Source: an uncultured Actinomycetota bacterium (GTDB lineage: Bacteria > Actinomycetota > Acidimicrobiia > Spongiisociales > UBA5794). From it: DNA of 64,000 nt. The stretch spans positions 49,185 to 113,184 of the forward strand of contig CAVQRN010000002.1 of the NCBI GenBank assembly GCA_963715255.1, read 5' to 3'. A program made the position numbers and the translations under genes. Below are positions 19,788 to 28,215 of the stretch, piece by piece; the stretch's first letter is position 1, and every line of letters begins with the position of its first letter. The notes beneath the pieces are model-generated. The model was not told where the DNA came from and made no database searches. It saw only the letters and a list, made by a program, of their open reading frames with translations.

Positions 19788-20849
19788 ATGGTGTTGATTC
19801 GTGAAGCCGACCGCCGGCAGGCGCCGCTCGCAGACGGCTGCCGGTCTCTCGCAGAGTGGGTGACGGGCCGTCTCGATGTTGCACCAGAGACGGCGAAGAC
19901 CTTGGTGTCGACGGCTCGGCGTCTCGAATCGCTCCCCACGGTCGAACACGCCACCGCCGTCGGGTCGATCAGCTTCGATCGGACCGTCGAGGCGGCCCGG
20001 ATCGCTCTCCCATCCGAAGACGCCACGATCGTCGACGAACTTGCCGTCTTCGACGTCGCTGCGATTCGGCGTCTCGTGTCGAACCGGCACCGCATGACCC
20101 GTGACACAGAGCGTGAAGTGTTCGAGACCCGCTATGTGGCGGTGCAGGCGAACCTGGACGAGTCGTCGTGGCGGGTCCACGGACAACTCCCCGCCACAGC
20201 CGGCAGATGCTTCGTTGACGCCCTCGACGCCAAAGCCGACCAGTTACCACCCGATCCGGACGGGGATCGCAGTCGGACGACCCGCTACGCCGATGCGTTG
20301 TGGGCCATCAGCGTCGACTCGCTCGCTGGTAGCGACGGCGCCACGGTCGAATCTGCGACACCGCTGTTGACCGTCTTCGTCGACGCCCACGATGCTGCCG
20401 GGACGAACGGTGAGACCGGCGTGATGATTGAAGCCGGACCCAGAGTCGGACCCGCAACGATCGAAGCGATCCTCTGCGACGGGGTCATCGAAGTCACCGG
20501 CCGAACACAAGACGGCACACCGGTGAATATGGGACGCCGCAGCCGCACCATCCCACCCAGGCTGAAACGCTTCGTTCTCGCCCGCGACGGCGGCGTGTGC
20601 ACCATTGCGGGCTGTGTCAGTAGGTACCGGCTCCAACCACACCACATCACCCCCTGGTCCCAAGGCGGCGCCACCGACGCCGACAACCTCACCACACTCT
20701 GCTGGTTCCACCACCACGTCGTCATCCACGGCCGAGGCTTCACCATCAACCCCTCATCCCCACCCCAACGCCGCCGACTCCGTCGACCATGGATCCACGC
20801 TCCACCGCCGCGGTCCGACTACGCGGGTGACATTCATGTTCACTACTAG
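19788..20849 (+). CDS. DUF222 plus HNH endonuclease domain protein (mycobacterial REP13E12-type); the N-terminus looks short or possibly frameshifted
   Basis: C-terminal HNH motif HHITPWSQGG...NLTTLCWFHH. DUF222-like central region. A 25-aa ORF (19719-19796) in another frame abuts the start. Confidence 0.7.
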   Translation: MVLIREADRRQAPLADGCRSLAEWVTGRLDVAPETAKTLVSTARRLESLPTVEHATAVGSISFDRTVEAARIALPSEDATIVDELAVFDVAAIRRLVSNRHRMTRDTEREVFETRYVAVQANLDESSWRVHGQLPATAGRCFVDALDAKADQLPPDPDGDRSRTTRYADALWAISVDSLAGSDGATVESATPLLTVFVDAHDAAGTNGETGVMIEAGPRVGPATIEAILCDGVIEVTGRTQDGTPVNMGRRSRTIPPRLKRFVLARDGGVCTIAGCVSRYRLQPHHITPWSQGGATDADNLTTLCWFHHHVVIHGRGFTINPSSPPQRRRLRRPWIHAPPPRSDYAGDIHVHY

Positions 20850-21051
20850 CACCCCTACCGGTCGCACCGACCCGGATTCCGCACAGGGCCTCACGGCCGC
20901 CGAACTCGATGATCTCATCTGGGATGTCGCCGTGGGAAGACCAACGCGCGTCGTGCTCGATACGGAGAGGAAGCGCGCCGCGTACTTCGCCGTGCACAAG
21001 CGGATCCAGGAGGCCGTAGCCAGGAGTCGCCGGTCCGCAGCACCTGGATAG
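20836..21051 (+). CDS. hypothetical small protein (72 aa)
   Basis: ORF MFTTSTPTGRTD...WDVAVGRPTRVVLDTERKRAAYFAVHKRIQEA, followed by a strong hairpin. No family assignment. Confidence 0.3.
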   Translation: MFTTSTPTGRTDPDSAQGLTAAELDDLIWDVAVGRPTRVVLDTERKRAAYFAVHKRIQEAVARSRRSAAPG

Positions 21052-21077
21052 CGACACTGATGCTGTCAAACACGAAG

Positions 21078-21103
21078 AAGGCCCGGTCAACGACCGGGCC
21101 TTC
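21078..21103. terminator. perfect 10-bp-stem hairpin AAGGCCCGGT-CAACG-ACCGGGCCTT
   Basis: Sits immediately 3' (on the minus strand) of the duplicated tmRNA 3' end, so it looks like the original ssrA terminator. It could also terminate the plus-strand small ORF. Confidence 0.5.
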
Positions 21104-21127
21104 GGTGGAGGTGGGGGGAATCGAACC
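21103..21127. repeat. 25-bp direct duplicate of the tmRNA 3' end (CGGTGGAGGTGGGGGGAATCGAACC)
   Basis: Identical to 21260-21284, the acceptor/T-arm end of ssrA, and 132 bp away from it. Confidence 0.75.
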
Positions 21128-21260
21128 TTCTCAACTCGCCGAAGACCCACCAGGACCCCACCAACCATCACAGCGCAAGAGAGCCGCGAGGCAGAAAAGG
21201 ACGAAGCACCACAACACGAGGTCGAGCCCGGGAAGGGCTCGACCGACGTCACGATCACGG

Positions 21261-21617
21261 CGGTGGAGGTGGGGGGAATCGAACCCCCGTCCCACGAGGT
21301 TTCAGCGTCGGCATCTCCGAGCGCAGCCGACAGCGAGCTTTCGGAACCTGAGAGACGCCGTCGGCAGTTTCTCCTGGGTCCTAGTCGGAATTGTCTTACC
21401 CCGCCGATCCCGACATCCCGGCGGGGGCATCCTGCATTGTTATGCCCGGATCCGGCGAGACAGGCACCCTCCGGTCGGACACGCTGCGTTAATTATGCAG
21501 CGAATGCGTAACTTTCGTTATTGGCACTTATGTTTGTTCCCGGCTCTTTAACGAGGCTCCGGGGACCTCGGCTCGCTTCCGGCGCCTCAACCCTCACGGT
21601 CGAAACCATGTCACCCC
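21261..21617 (-). ncRNA. ssrA: tmRNA (ssrA), about 357 nt
   Basis: Read on the minus strand: 5' GGGGGUGACAUGGUUUCGAC..., 3' ...GGACGGGGGUUCGAUUCCCCCCACCUCCACC. Internal tag reading frame GCC AAU AAC GAA AGU UAC GCA UUC GCU GCA UAA (ANNESYAFAA*). smpB lies 1.6 kb away. Confidence 0.85.
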
Positions 21618-21702
21618 CATTTCTGGGGAACACGCTTGGCGCGTTCATCACGCTCAAGAGTAGTCGTGCGATCCCGTCACCGCTTGCCCGTTTTCCCGCT
21701 AG

Positions 21703-22584
21703 ATGCCATCCGCGGATAGCCTGCCGGGCATGGACACAGAACCACAAGATCCAGAGAACGGAACGACCAATCCTCCCGCCCCGGCTCCGTCGACCATCGA
21801 CGTGACGACCCGCGAGGAGCACTCGCGAACGTCCAGCACCGCCCGAGGATTCTTGATCGCCCTCGCGATCGGACTGGTCGCCGTGTTCGCCATGCAGGTC
21901 TTCACGCTGGTCTCTGCGAGTCGGACCGACGAGCAGATCACCGCTCTCGACGAGCAGGTCAACTCCATCGGCGGTGACGTCGCCAACGTCCAGGCTTCCG
22001 TCGACGCTGTCGATCAGAAGGTCGACGACCTCGCCACCCAGTCTTTGACCGCTCCCGCCGCCTCCGGCGCATCGGCGCCCGTTGCACCGAGCGCACCCGC
22101 CGGGTACCTTCCTCCGTTCGAGCAAGGCCAACCGGATGCCGCTCTCGGAGTGGTCCTCGGCGACGTCGGCGGCGTTGACTACTACACCGACGCCGAGATG
22201 ACCGTCAATCCTGCGGACGGCACCGCGCGAGCGTGGCTCGTCTGGGCCCACTGGTGCCCATACTGCCAGCGTGAGCTACCCCCGCTTTCGGACTGGTACA
22301 ACGAGAACGCCGATCTGTATCCGAATGTGGAGCTGATCAGCGTCACGAGCTCGATCGACCCGGCCCGTGGGAATCCGCTCGAGCCCTATCTCGATGAACT
22401 GCAACTCCCGTTCCCTGCGATCGTGGACCCCGACCTCGCCCTCGCCGAACAATTCGGGTTGAGCGCCTACCCGTTCTGGGTCTTCACGGCAGGCGACGGG
22501 TCGACTCTGCTCAGGGTCGCCGGGTTCCTCGAGATCGAGCAGGTCGCGGAGATCTTCGGTCAGCTCGAATCGCTGCCTTCGTAG
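21703..22584 (+). CDS. membrane-anchored thioredoxin-like (TlpA/redoxin family) protein
   Basis: N-terminal low-complexity region plus a TM helix (FLIALAIGLVAVFAMQVF), a coiled-coil segment, and a WCPYC CxxC thioredoxin-fold motif. Confidence 0.7.
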   Translation: MPSADSLPGMDTEPQDPENGTTNPPAPAPSTIDVTTREEHSRTSSTARGFLIALAIGLVAVFAMQVFTLVSASRTDEQITALDEQVNSIGGDVANVQASVDAVDQKVDDLATQSLTAPAASGASAPVAPSAPAGYLPPFEQGQPDAALGVVLGDVGGVDYYTDAEMTVNPADGTARAWLVWAHWCPYCQRELPPLSDWYNENADLYPNVELISVTSSIDPARGNPLEPYLDELQLPFPAIVDPDLALAEQFGLSAYPFWVFTAGDGSTLLRVAGFLEIEQVAEIFGQLESLPS

Positions 22585-22596
22585 GGGTCGGTCGTC

Positions 22597-23167
22597 GTGC
22601 GCTCCTCTTGGGACAATCGTTACCGGGAACGGTCGGCTCCGGTAGACCCTTCGGCGTTTGTCACCGTTGAACTCGCACCGCTTCTCGGCTCGCCCGGTCG
22701 GGCACTCGATCTCGCCGGAGGCGCAGGGAGACACGGCGTTTGGCTTGCGGAGCGTGGCTGGGAGACGACCATGATCGATACGTCGGAGGTCGCGATAGCA
22801 CTCGCCGCTGAGCGGGCAGGAGAGGCCGGCGTCGACGTCACACTCGTTCACAGCGACCTCACCGCCGCAACGCTCCCCGACGGCCCATGGGATCTCGTGC
22901 TCATCGTGCACTACCTCCAGAGAGACCTCTTCTCCCCGGCCATCGACACTCTGGCGGATGACGGCCTGATCGCGTTCCTCGGTCGCCACCGTTCGGAACC
23001 TGCAACGCCGGGAGCGACCATCCCTCCCCTACCTCCTCCAAGAGGGCGAGGCGCCGTCGCTCGTTGACGGTCTCCAGATCCTCCACTACGCCGAGGGCTG
23101 GTCGATCGAGGACCGGCACGAGGCAAGGGTGGTGGCCCGTAGACGGAGTAGCCGGGTAGCTGGGTAG
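22597..23167 (+). CDS. SAM-dependent methyltransferase, TehB-like; apparent frameshift near 22995-23030
   Basis: Class I MTase motif LDLAGGAGRHGVWLAERG. After ...LIAFLGRHRSEP the frame changes. The alternative frame gives a TehB-like C-terminus ...QEGEAPSLVDGLQILHYAEGWSIEDRHEARVVARRRSSRVAG*. Its last residues and TAG stop lie inside the octamer repeat. Confidence 0.6.
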
Positions 23168-23175
23168 CTGAGCAC
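23139..23175. repeat. octamer repeat array (GGAGTAGCCGGGTAGCTGGGTAGCTGAGC)
   Basis: Same family as 3022-3150. Encodes the C-terminal ...SRVAG* of the upstream gene. Confidence 0.7.
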
Positions 23176-23200
23176 GGACTCTGGCTGGAAGCCGGCGGCT

Positions 23201-23659
23201 CTATCTCCTGTGGCTCTTCGCCCGGTCCATCTCTCGCTTCTGTTGGCGTTCCACGAGCTTCTTCCGCTTGTCGTAGGTGTGACGGCCCCTGGCCAGGGCG
23301 ATCTCGATCTTCGCGATGCCGCGCACGAAGTAGATCTGGAGCGGAACAAGCGTGAGTCCCTGTTCGTTGATCTTGCCGGTGAGGCGATCGATCTCCCGCC
23401 GATGGAGCAACAACTTGCGTTTCCGCTCCGGGGCATGGCCGCCGCCGATCGCGAATGAGTACGGCGCGATGTGGGCGTTCTCGAGCCAGAGTTCCGAGCC
23501 CTGCAGCAACCCGTAGGCATCCTTGAGCTGCACCTGCCCCGCACGGAGGCTCTTCACCTCGGACCCGGTGAGCACCATCCCTGCCTCGAAGGTGTCGAGG
23601 ATCTCGTAGTTGTGTCGTGCGCGTCGGTTGGTTGCGACGACTTTGCGACCTTCAGTCAT
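23201..23659 (-). CDS. smpB: SsrA-binding protein
   Basis: Full-length SmpB (NRRARHNYEI...GSEVKSLR...) with a basic C-terminal tail. Confidence 0.9.
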   Translation of the reverse strand: MTEGRKVVATNRRARHNYEILDTFEAGMVLTGSEVKSLRAGQVQLKDAYGLLQGSELWLENAHIAPYSFAIGGGHAPERKRKLLLHRREIDRLTGKINEQGLTLVPLQIYFVRGIAKIEIALARGRHTYDKRKKLVERQQKREMDRAKSHRR

Positions 23660-23669
23660 GATCAGAAGC

Positions 23670-24866
23670 CTAGAAGTATTTGGCCGGGTTCACGGGGTTG
23701 CCGTTGAACCTGACCTCGAAGTGAAGATGGGGTCCGGTCGAAACGCCGGTTGATCCCACGTAGCCGATCACCTGTCCGGCCTTCACCTTCTGTCCATCAG
23801 ACACGGCGAACTCCGATTGATGGGCGTACAGCGTCACCATGCCGCCGCCGTGGTCGATCATGATCGAGTTCCCATACCCGCCCTTCACCCCTGCGAAGAA
23901 GACCGTTCCGGCCGCAGCCGCCACGATCTTCTGTCCCATGCCGGCGTCCAAGTCGATCCCGGTGTGCATCAACGAATAGCCGTAGATCGGATGAACCCTC
24001 GGCCCGAACCCGGATGAGATCACTCCCGGCACTGGTCGGACGAGGCTGCCCGGCGCCGCGCTGGCGACTTTCACTCGCTCGGCAATGAGTCTCTTGATCG
24101 ACGATTGCTCCTTCTCGAGCGAAGCGATCTCAACCTCGATCTCCTCTATCTCCGCGTCGTAGGACGCCAGGAGAGATCGCTGGCGGCGATACTCCTCCTG
24201 GAGCGCGTCGCTCGATTGCTGCAATTCGTTCTGGAGGGAACCGAGATGCTCCTCGGCAGTCTCGAGATCGACAAGATCCGACGCGAGGGTGACTTCGTGT
24301 GCAGCGATGGTGTCACTCGCACGCTGCTCGTCGACGAGGAGAACCTCGAATCGTCGAATCGTTTCCGTGCCGCTGGCGGTAATCCGATCGAGATATGCCA
24401 ACCCGATCCCAATGTCGGTCCACACTTTCGCCGACAGTGCGACCGTCGGGACACCGAGGCCGGCGCTCATGTAGGACTCGACCGCGTACTGTGCAGCGTC
24501 GACGCGCGCCGTACCCAGTTCCGATCTGGTTAGTGCGAGGGACTGGTACTTCGCGTGCAAGTCGGATCGCACGTCGCGCAGAGCACCCTGCTTCTGGGCG
24601 AGTTCGGAGACGACAGCCAGCACATCCATCCGAAGTGAAGCCATCGCCTCGAGGATCTCATCCATGCGCCCGGCCGTCGCCTGGATGTCGAGAGCAAGTG
24701 CGCTACGGTTCGCCGATGTCGCATCGATCTCGTCACTCAGGGAATCGATCCGATTCCTGACACTCTGGAGATCACGATCGAGATCGTCGGCGCCGACGGC
24801 CGGCACCACCGCGAGCACCAACACCGCCGTGAGCACCGAAACGAAGAGACGGCGCGCTCCAGTCAC
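23670..24866 (-). CDS. M23 family metallopeptidase with N-terminal coiled-coil (EnvC/RipC-like, FtsEX-associated)
   Basis: Signal/TM segment, long coiled coil, and C-terminal M23 motifs HTGIDLDAG...GNSIMIDHGGG...GSTGVSTGPHLHFEV. 4-bp overlap with ftsX. Confidence 0.8.
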   Translation of the reverse strand: MTGARRLFVSVLTAVLVLAVVPAVGADDLDRDLQSVRNRIDSLSDEIDATSANRSALALDIQATAGRMDEILEAMASLRMDVLAVVSELAQKQGALRDVRSDLHAKYQSLALTRSELGTARVDAAQYAVESYMSAGLGVPTVALSAKVWTDIGIGLAYLDRITASGTETIRRFEVLLVDEQRASDTIAAHEVTLASDLVDLETAEEHLGSLQNELQQSSDALQEEYRRQRSLLASYDAEIEEIEVEIASLEKEQSSIKRLIAERVKVASAAPGSLVRPVPGVISSGFGPRVHPIYGYSLMHTGIDLDAGMGQKIVAAAAGTVFFAGVKGGYGNSIMIDHGGGMVTLYAHQSEFAVSDGQKVKAGQVIGYVGSTGVSTGPHLHFEVRFNGNPVNPAKYF

Positions 24867-25750
24867 GTTCTCAAGTACTTGTGGACCGTGAGGCTCAGTC
24901 CGCTGCCGACGAGACCGGCAAGCACCCCGAACAGCAGGACCAGCGCTCCCTGCATGAAGAGGTAATCAGATTGAACGGCGACGTTGATCCAGTCCGGCAG
25001 GTCGGTGAGACGATCGACCGCTAGTTGTTGGGCAACGACGATGAAGCCCACGGCGAGACCAGCTCCCACAAATCCTTCGAGCGCGCCCTCGAGAAGGAAC
25101 GGTACCCGCACGAGCCAGTTCGATGCACCCACGAGTCGCATGATTTCAATCTCTTCGCGGCGCGTGTAGATGGCCATGTGAATCGTGTTGGCGATCAGCG
25201 CCACTGCGGCGACCCCGAGAGCAACCGCAAGGAGCCAGAACATCACGCGCAGTCCATCTCGAAGAGAGATCATCGCGTCAATCGCTTGCCCGGCGGACTG
25301 GACGCGTAAAAGCCCCGGCGTGGCCTGCAGGCGCGTCACGATCGTCTGGTAGTCATCCGGGTCAACGGGCTTGATCCGGAGCGAGGCAGGGACAATATCG
25401 GGGCTTTCTTCGATCACACGCAACGTGGCCGGCTGGTTCGAGAGCAGTACTCGAGCCTCTTCGAGGGCTTCAGCCTTTGAGACGAAGCTAACGCTCTCGA
25501 CTTCGTCCCAGCTCTCCATCTCGGCCTTCAGATCGTCGACCGCCGTGAGCGCGTCGTCACGCACGAACGCGATCACACGAACGTCTTCAGCCCATTGAAG
25601 GGTGTTGATTCGAACCACCTCGCCGAAGACGAGGGTCCCAAAGGTGAGCGTCAGAGAGATGAAGACGGCGAGAACAGCGCCCAACACGACCAGGCCGTTG
25701 GCCCCGATGTTCGCGAAGGCCTCTCGGAGGACGTACGAGACGCGGGTCAT
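24863..25750 (-). CDS. ftsX: cell division ABC transporter permease FtsX
   Basis: Four-TM FtsX topology with a large extracytoplasmic loop. Translationally coupled to ftsE. Confidence 0.85.
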   Translation of the reverse strand: MTRVSYVLREAFANIGANGLVVLGAVLAVFISLTLTFGTLVFGEVVRINTLQWAEDVRVIAFVRDDALTAVDDLKAEMESWDEVESVSFVSKAEALEEARVLLSNQPATLRVIEESPDIVPASLRIKPVDPDDYQTIVTRLQATPGLLRVQSAGQAIDAMISLRDGLRVMFWLLAVALGVAAVALIANTIHMAIYTRREEIEIMRLVGASNWLVRVPFLLEGALEGFVGAGLAVGFIVVAQQLAVDRLTDLPDWINVAVQSDYLFMQGALVLLFGVLAGLVGSGLSLTVHKYLRT

Positions 25751-26709
25751 CCGTTGACCTCCCCGTCGGCGTCGGGTTCTTCGCCCGAACCCTCGATGTC
25801 TGCGGTGGCGTCCTGCTCGTCCCGATCGTCGTATTCGATCGAATCACCGTCAACGCCCGTGGGCTCCTCCAGAGAACTCTGCTCATCAACCGACGAACCG
25901 GTGACCGTCGACTCTTCGAAATCGAGGGTCGAAATGACAGTATCTTCGGCAGTAGTAGCGGTGTCGGATTCGGCAACCACGTCCGTAATGATGAAAGGGG
26001 CATCTGCGCCACCGACATCCTCAACGATGGCCGCCTCGTAGAGGCCACGACTCTCGTCGCGAGTGATACGGCCACGATCGAGTTGGACGACCCTGCGTCG
26101 CATCGCAGTGACAATCGCGTGGGCGTGGGTCGCCATGACCACGGTGGTGCCCGTGCGGTTGATCCGATCGAGGATGCGCATGATCCCAACGGAAGTCGCG
26201 GGGTCCAGGTTCCCGGTCGGCTCATCGGCGAGAACGATGAGAGGTCGGTTCACGAATGCTCGGGCCACCGAGACTCGCTGTTGCTCACCACCGGAGAGTC
26301 GTCGCGGCAGGCGGTCGGCCATCTCGGAGAGACCGACGAGATTGAGGACTTGCGTAACCTGATTGTCGATCGCCGAGCGCGGTTTCCCCGTCACCTCCAT
26401 CGCAAATGCGACGTTCTCGTAGACCGTCTTGCTCGGGAGAAGCTTGAAATCTTGAAACACCGTCCCGATGGATCGACGAAGGTGAGGGATCTTCCATCCC
26501 GGTAGCTCCGACGCGTGTTTCCCGGCGACCCAAATGTCGCCGTTGGTCGGCTTCTCCTCTCGCATCATGAGGCGAATGAGCGTCGACTTTCCGGACCCCG
26601 AGGGGCCGACGAGAAAGACGAACTCACCCTTGTTGATGTCGAGATCGATGTCCTTGACGGCTACAACACCGCCGTCGTAGACCTTCGTCACATTATCGAG
26701 ACGGATCAT
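25747..26709 (-). CDS. ftsE: cell division ATP-binding protein FtsE with an unusual acidic C-terminal extension of about 90 aa
   Basis: Walker [10 protein letters not shown], signature LSGGEQQR, Walker B. Start [11 protein letters not shown] at 26709. The C-terminal 90 aa are D/E/T/S-rich ([24 protein letters not shown]). Confidence 0.85.
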   Translation of the reverse strand: MIRLDNVTKVYDGGVVAVKDIDLDINKGEFVFLVGPSGSGKSTLIRLMMREEKPTNGDIWVAGKHASELPGWKIPHLRRSIGTVFQDFKLLPSKTVYENVAFAMEVTGKPRSAIDNQVTQVLNLVGLSEMADRLPRRLSGGEQQRVSVARAFVNRPLIVLADEPTGNLDPATSVGIMRILDRINRTGTTVVMATHAHAIVTAMRRRVVQLDRGRITRDESRGLYEAAIVEDVGGADAPFIITDVVAESDTATTAEDTVISTLDFEESTVTGSSVDEQSSLEEPTGVDGDSIEYDDRDEQDATADIEGSGEEPDADGEVNG

Positions 26710-26844
26710 GAAATCCCTATCGCGGCTTCGTAGTCCTACCCCACCCGCCAACGAGTCGCCAGGTTACCCGTAGACCCCGTATAGGAGGGGTATTGCGTGC
26801 GTGAAGAGCGGAGTGGGACAAGGGACTCGCGAGAGGTCTGGCGC

Positions 26845-26876
26845 CCTACTCGGCTACCGAGCTACCCAGCTACTTC
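26845..26876. repeat. octamer repeat array (CTACTCGG/CTACCGAG/CTACCCAG/CTACTTCC)
   Basis: Contains the prfB TAG stop and encodes its last residues ...EVAG*. Confidence 0.7.
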
Positions 26877-27969
26877 CCTCCGCCACTGCAGATAGCTGTC
26901 TATGAGGGCGTCCAGGTCTCCGTCGAGGACACCCTGGATGTTTCCTATCTCGCGGCCGGTACGAAGATCTTTGACCATCTGGTAGGGCTGGAGTACGTAG
27001 GAACGGATCTGGCGTCCCCAGCCGGCTTCGGTTTGGTCGCCGCGGATGGCGTCGACCTTCGCCTGCTGTTCGACACGGGCCCGATCCGCCAGTCGTGCGG
27101 CGAGGAGATGCATTGCCCTCACCCGGTTCTGGGTCTGAGACCGTTCGGCTTGACAACTGACAACGACACCGGTGGGCAGGTGCGTCAGCCTGACCGCCGA
27201 ATCCGTCTTGTTGATGTGCTGGCCGCCGGCACCCGACGCCCGGTATGTGTCGACCCTGAGATCCTCCGGGTTGATTTCGACCTCTTTGACGTCGACTTCC
27301 GGGATGACATCGACACCGGCGAATGCCGTGTGGCGACGAGCGGCCGAATCGAACGGACTGATCCGCACGAGCCGATGCACGCCGCGTTCGCTCTCGAAGA
27401 TTCCGTAGGCATGATCTCCCTTGATGGTGATCGTGGCCGACTTGATGCCCGCTTCCTCACCGACCTGGTACTCGTCCACTTCGAAGGAGAGCTCGGTTCG
27501 TTCGAGGTATCGCAGGTACATACGGAACAACATCTCCGCCCAATCCTGAGCATCGACGCCGCCGGCACCGGCATGAACCGACATGATTGCGGTCGAGTCG
27601 TCGTGAGGACCGAAGAAGAGCGTTTCGCGCTCGAGACGACTGAGCGTCGTTTCGGTTTCGCGCAGCTCCTTCATCGCGTCGTCGAGGCCCGAGGCATCGT
27701 CTTCTTCAAGGCCGAGTTCGATCAGCACCTCGGCGTCATCAAGTGCCTCGTCCAGGATCGCCACCTGCTCGATGGTACGTTCGTGCCGAGCGAGGGTTCG
27801 GGTCACCGCGAGTGCCCGATCCTGATCGTCCCATAAGCCAGGTTCGGAGACCTGCTGCCTCAGTTCGACGAGTGCCTGTTCTTTGCCTGCGACGTCAAAG
27901 GAACCTCCTGGCGTCGTCGAGCCGTGAGCGCAGGTCGTTCAGAAGTATGCGGAGGTCATTCGGTTCCAT
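26862..27969 (-). CDS. prfB: peptide chain release factor 2, expressed via programmed +1 ribosomal frameshift
   Basis: ORF0 (MEPNDLRILLNDLRSRLDDARRFL) ends at an in-frame UGA within CUU UGA C. The +1 frame continues DVAGKEQALVELRQQ... through SPF and GGQ motifs to 26862. Confidence 0.85.
27894..27900 (-). promoter_or_regulatory. RF2 autoregulatory +1 frameshift site CUU UGA C with an internal Shine-Dalgarno-like AGGAGG 3 nt upstream
   Basis: Read on the minus strand: GCC AGG AGG UUC CUU UGA CGU. This is the classic RF2 recoding cassette. Confidence 0.8.
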
Positions 27970-28215
27970 TGTGGGATGAGCGTACCCGTCGGCGGGTTGC
28001 TGCACTCCTTTCGGTCCAGATTCCTTGCTGTGAAGCTTCTTGAACCACCGTCGCCCAGATGTCCTCAATGTGCGTGCCATCATGGAGGGTTCGAACGACG
28101 ATTCCACTGCCATAACGTCGATGGGGCCGCCGATTCAGTCCAATAAGGGGATTGACGAAGTCTGCACCGTTGACCACCGTTCCCTTGCGTTCCGCGGAGT
28201 CGAACATGGCGCTGC

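Noticed and set aside
20746-21258. 170-aa minus-strand ORF between the HNH gene and ssrA
   Set aside because: Cys/Ser/Gly-rich and non-protein-like. It overlaps the more plausible plus-strand small ORF and the terminator hairpin.
21263-21511. 82-aa ORF (MEVGGIEPPSHEV...) and neighbouring ORFs overlapping 21060-21620
   Set aside because: They lie inside the tmRNA gene and the duplicated tRNA-like 3' end. The sequence is explained by ssrA.
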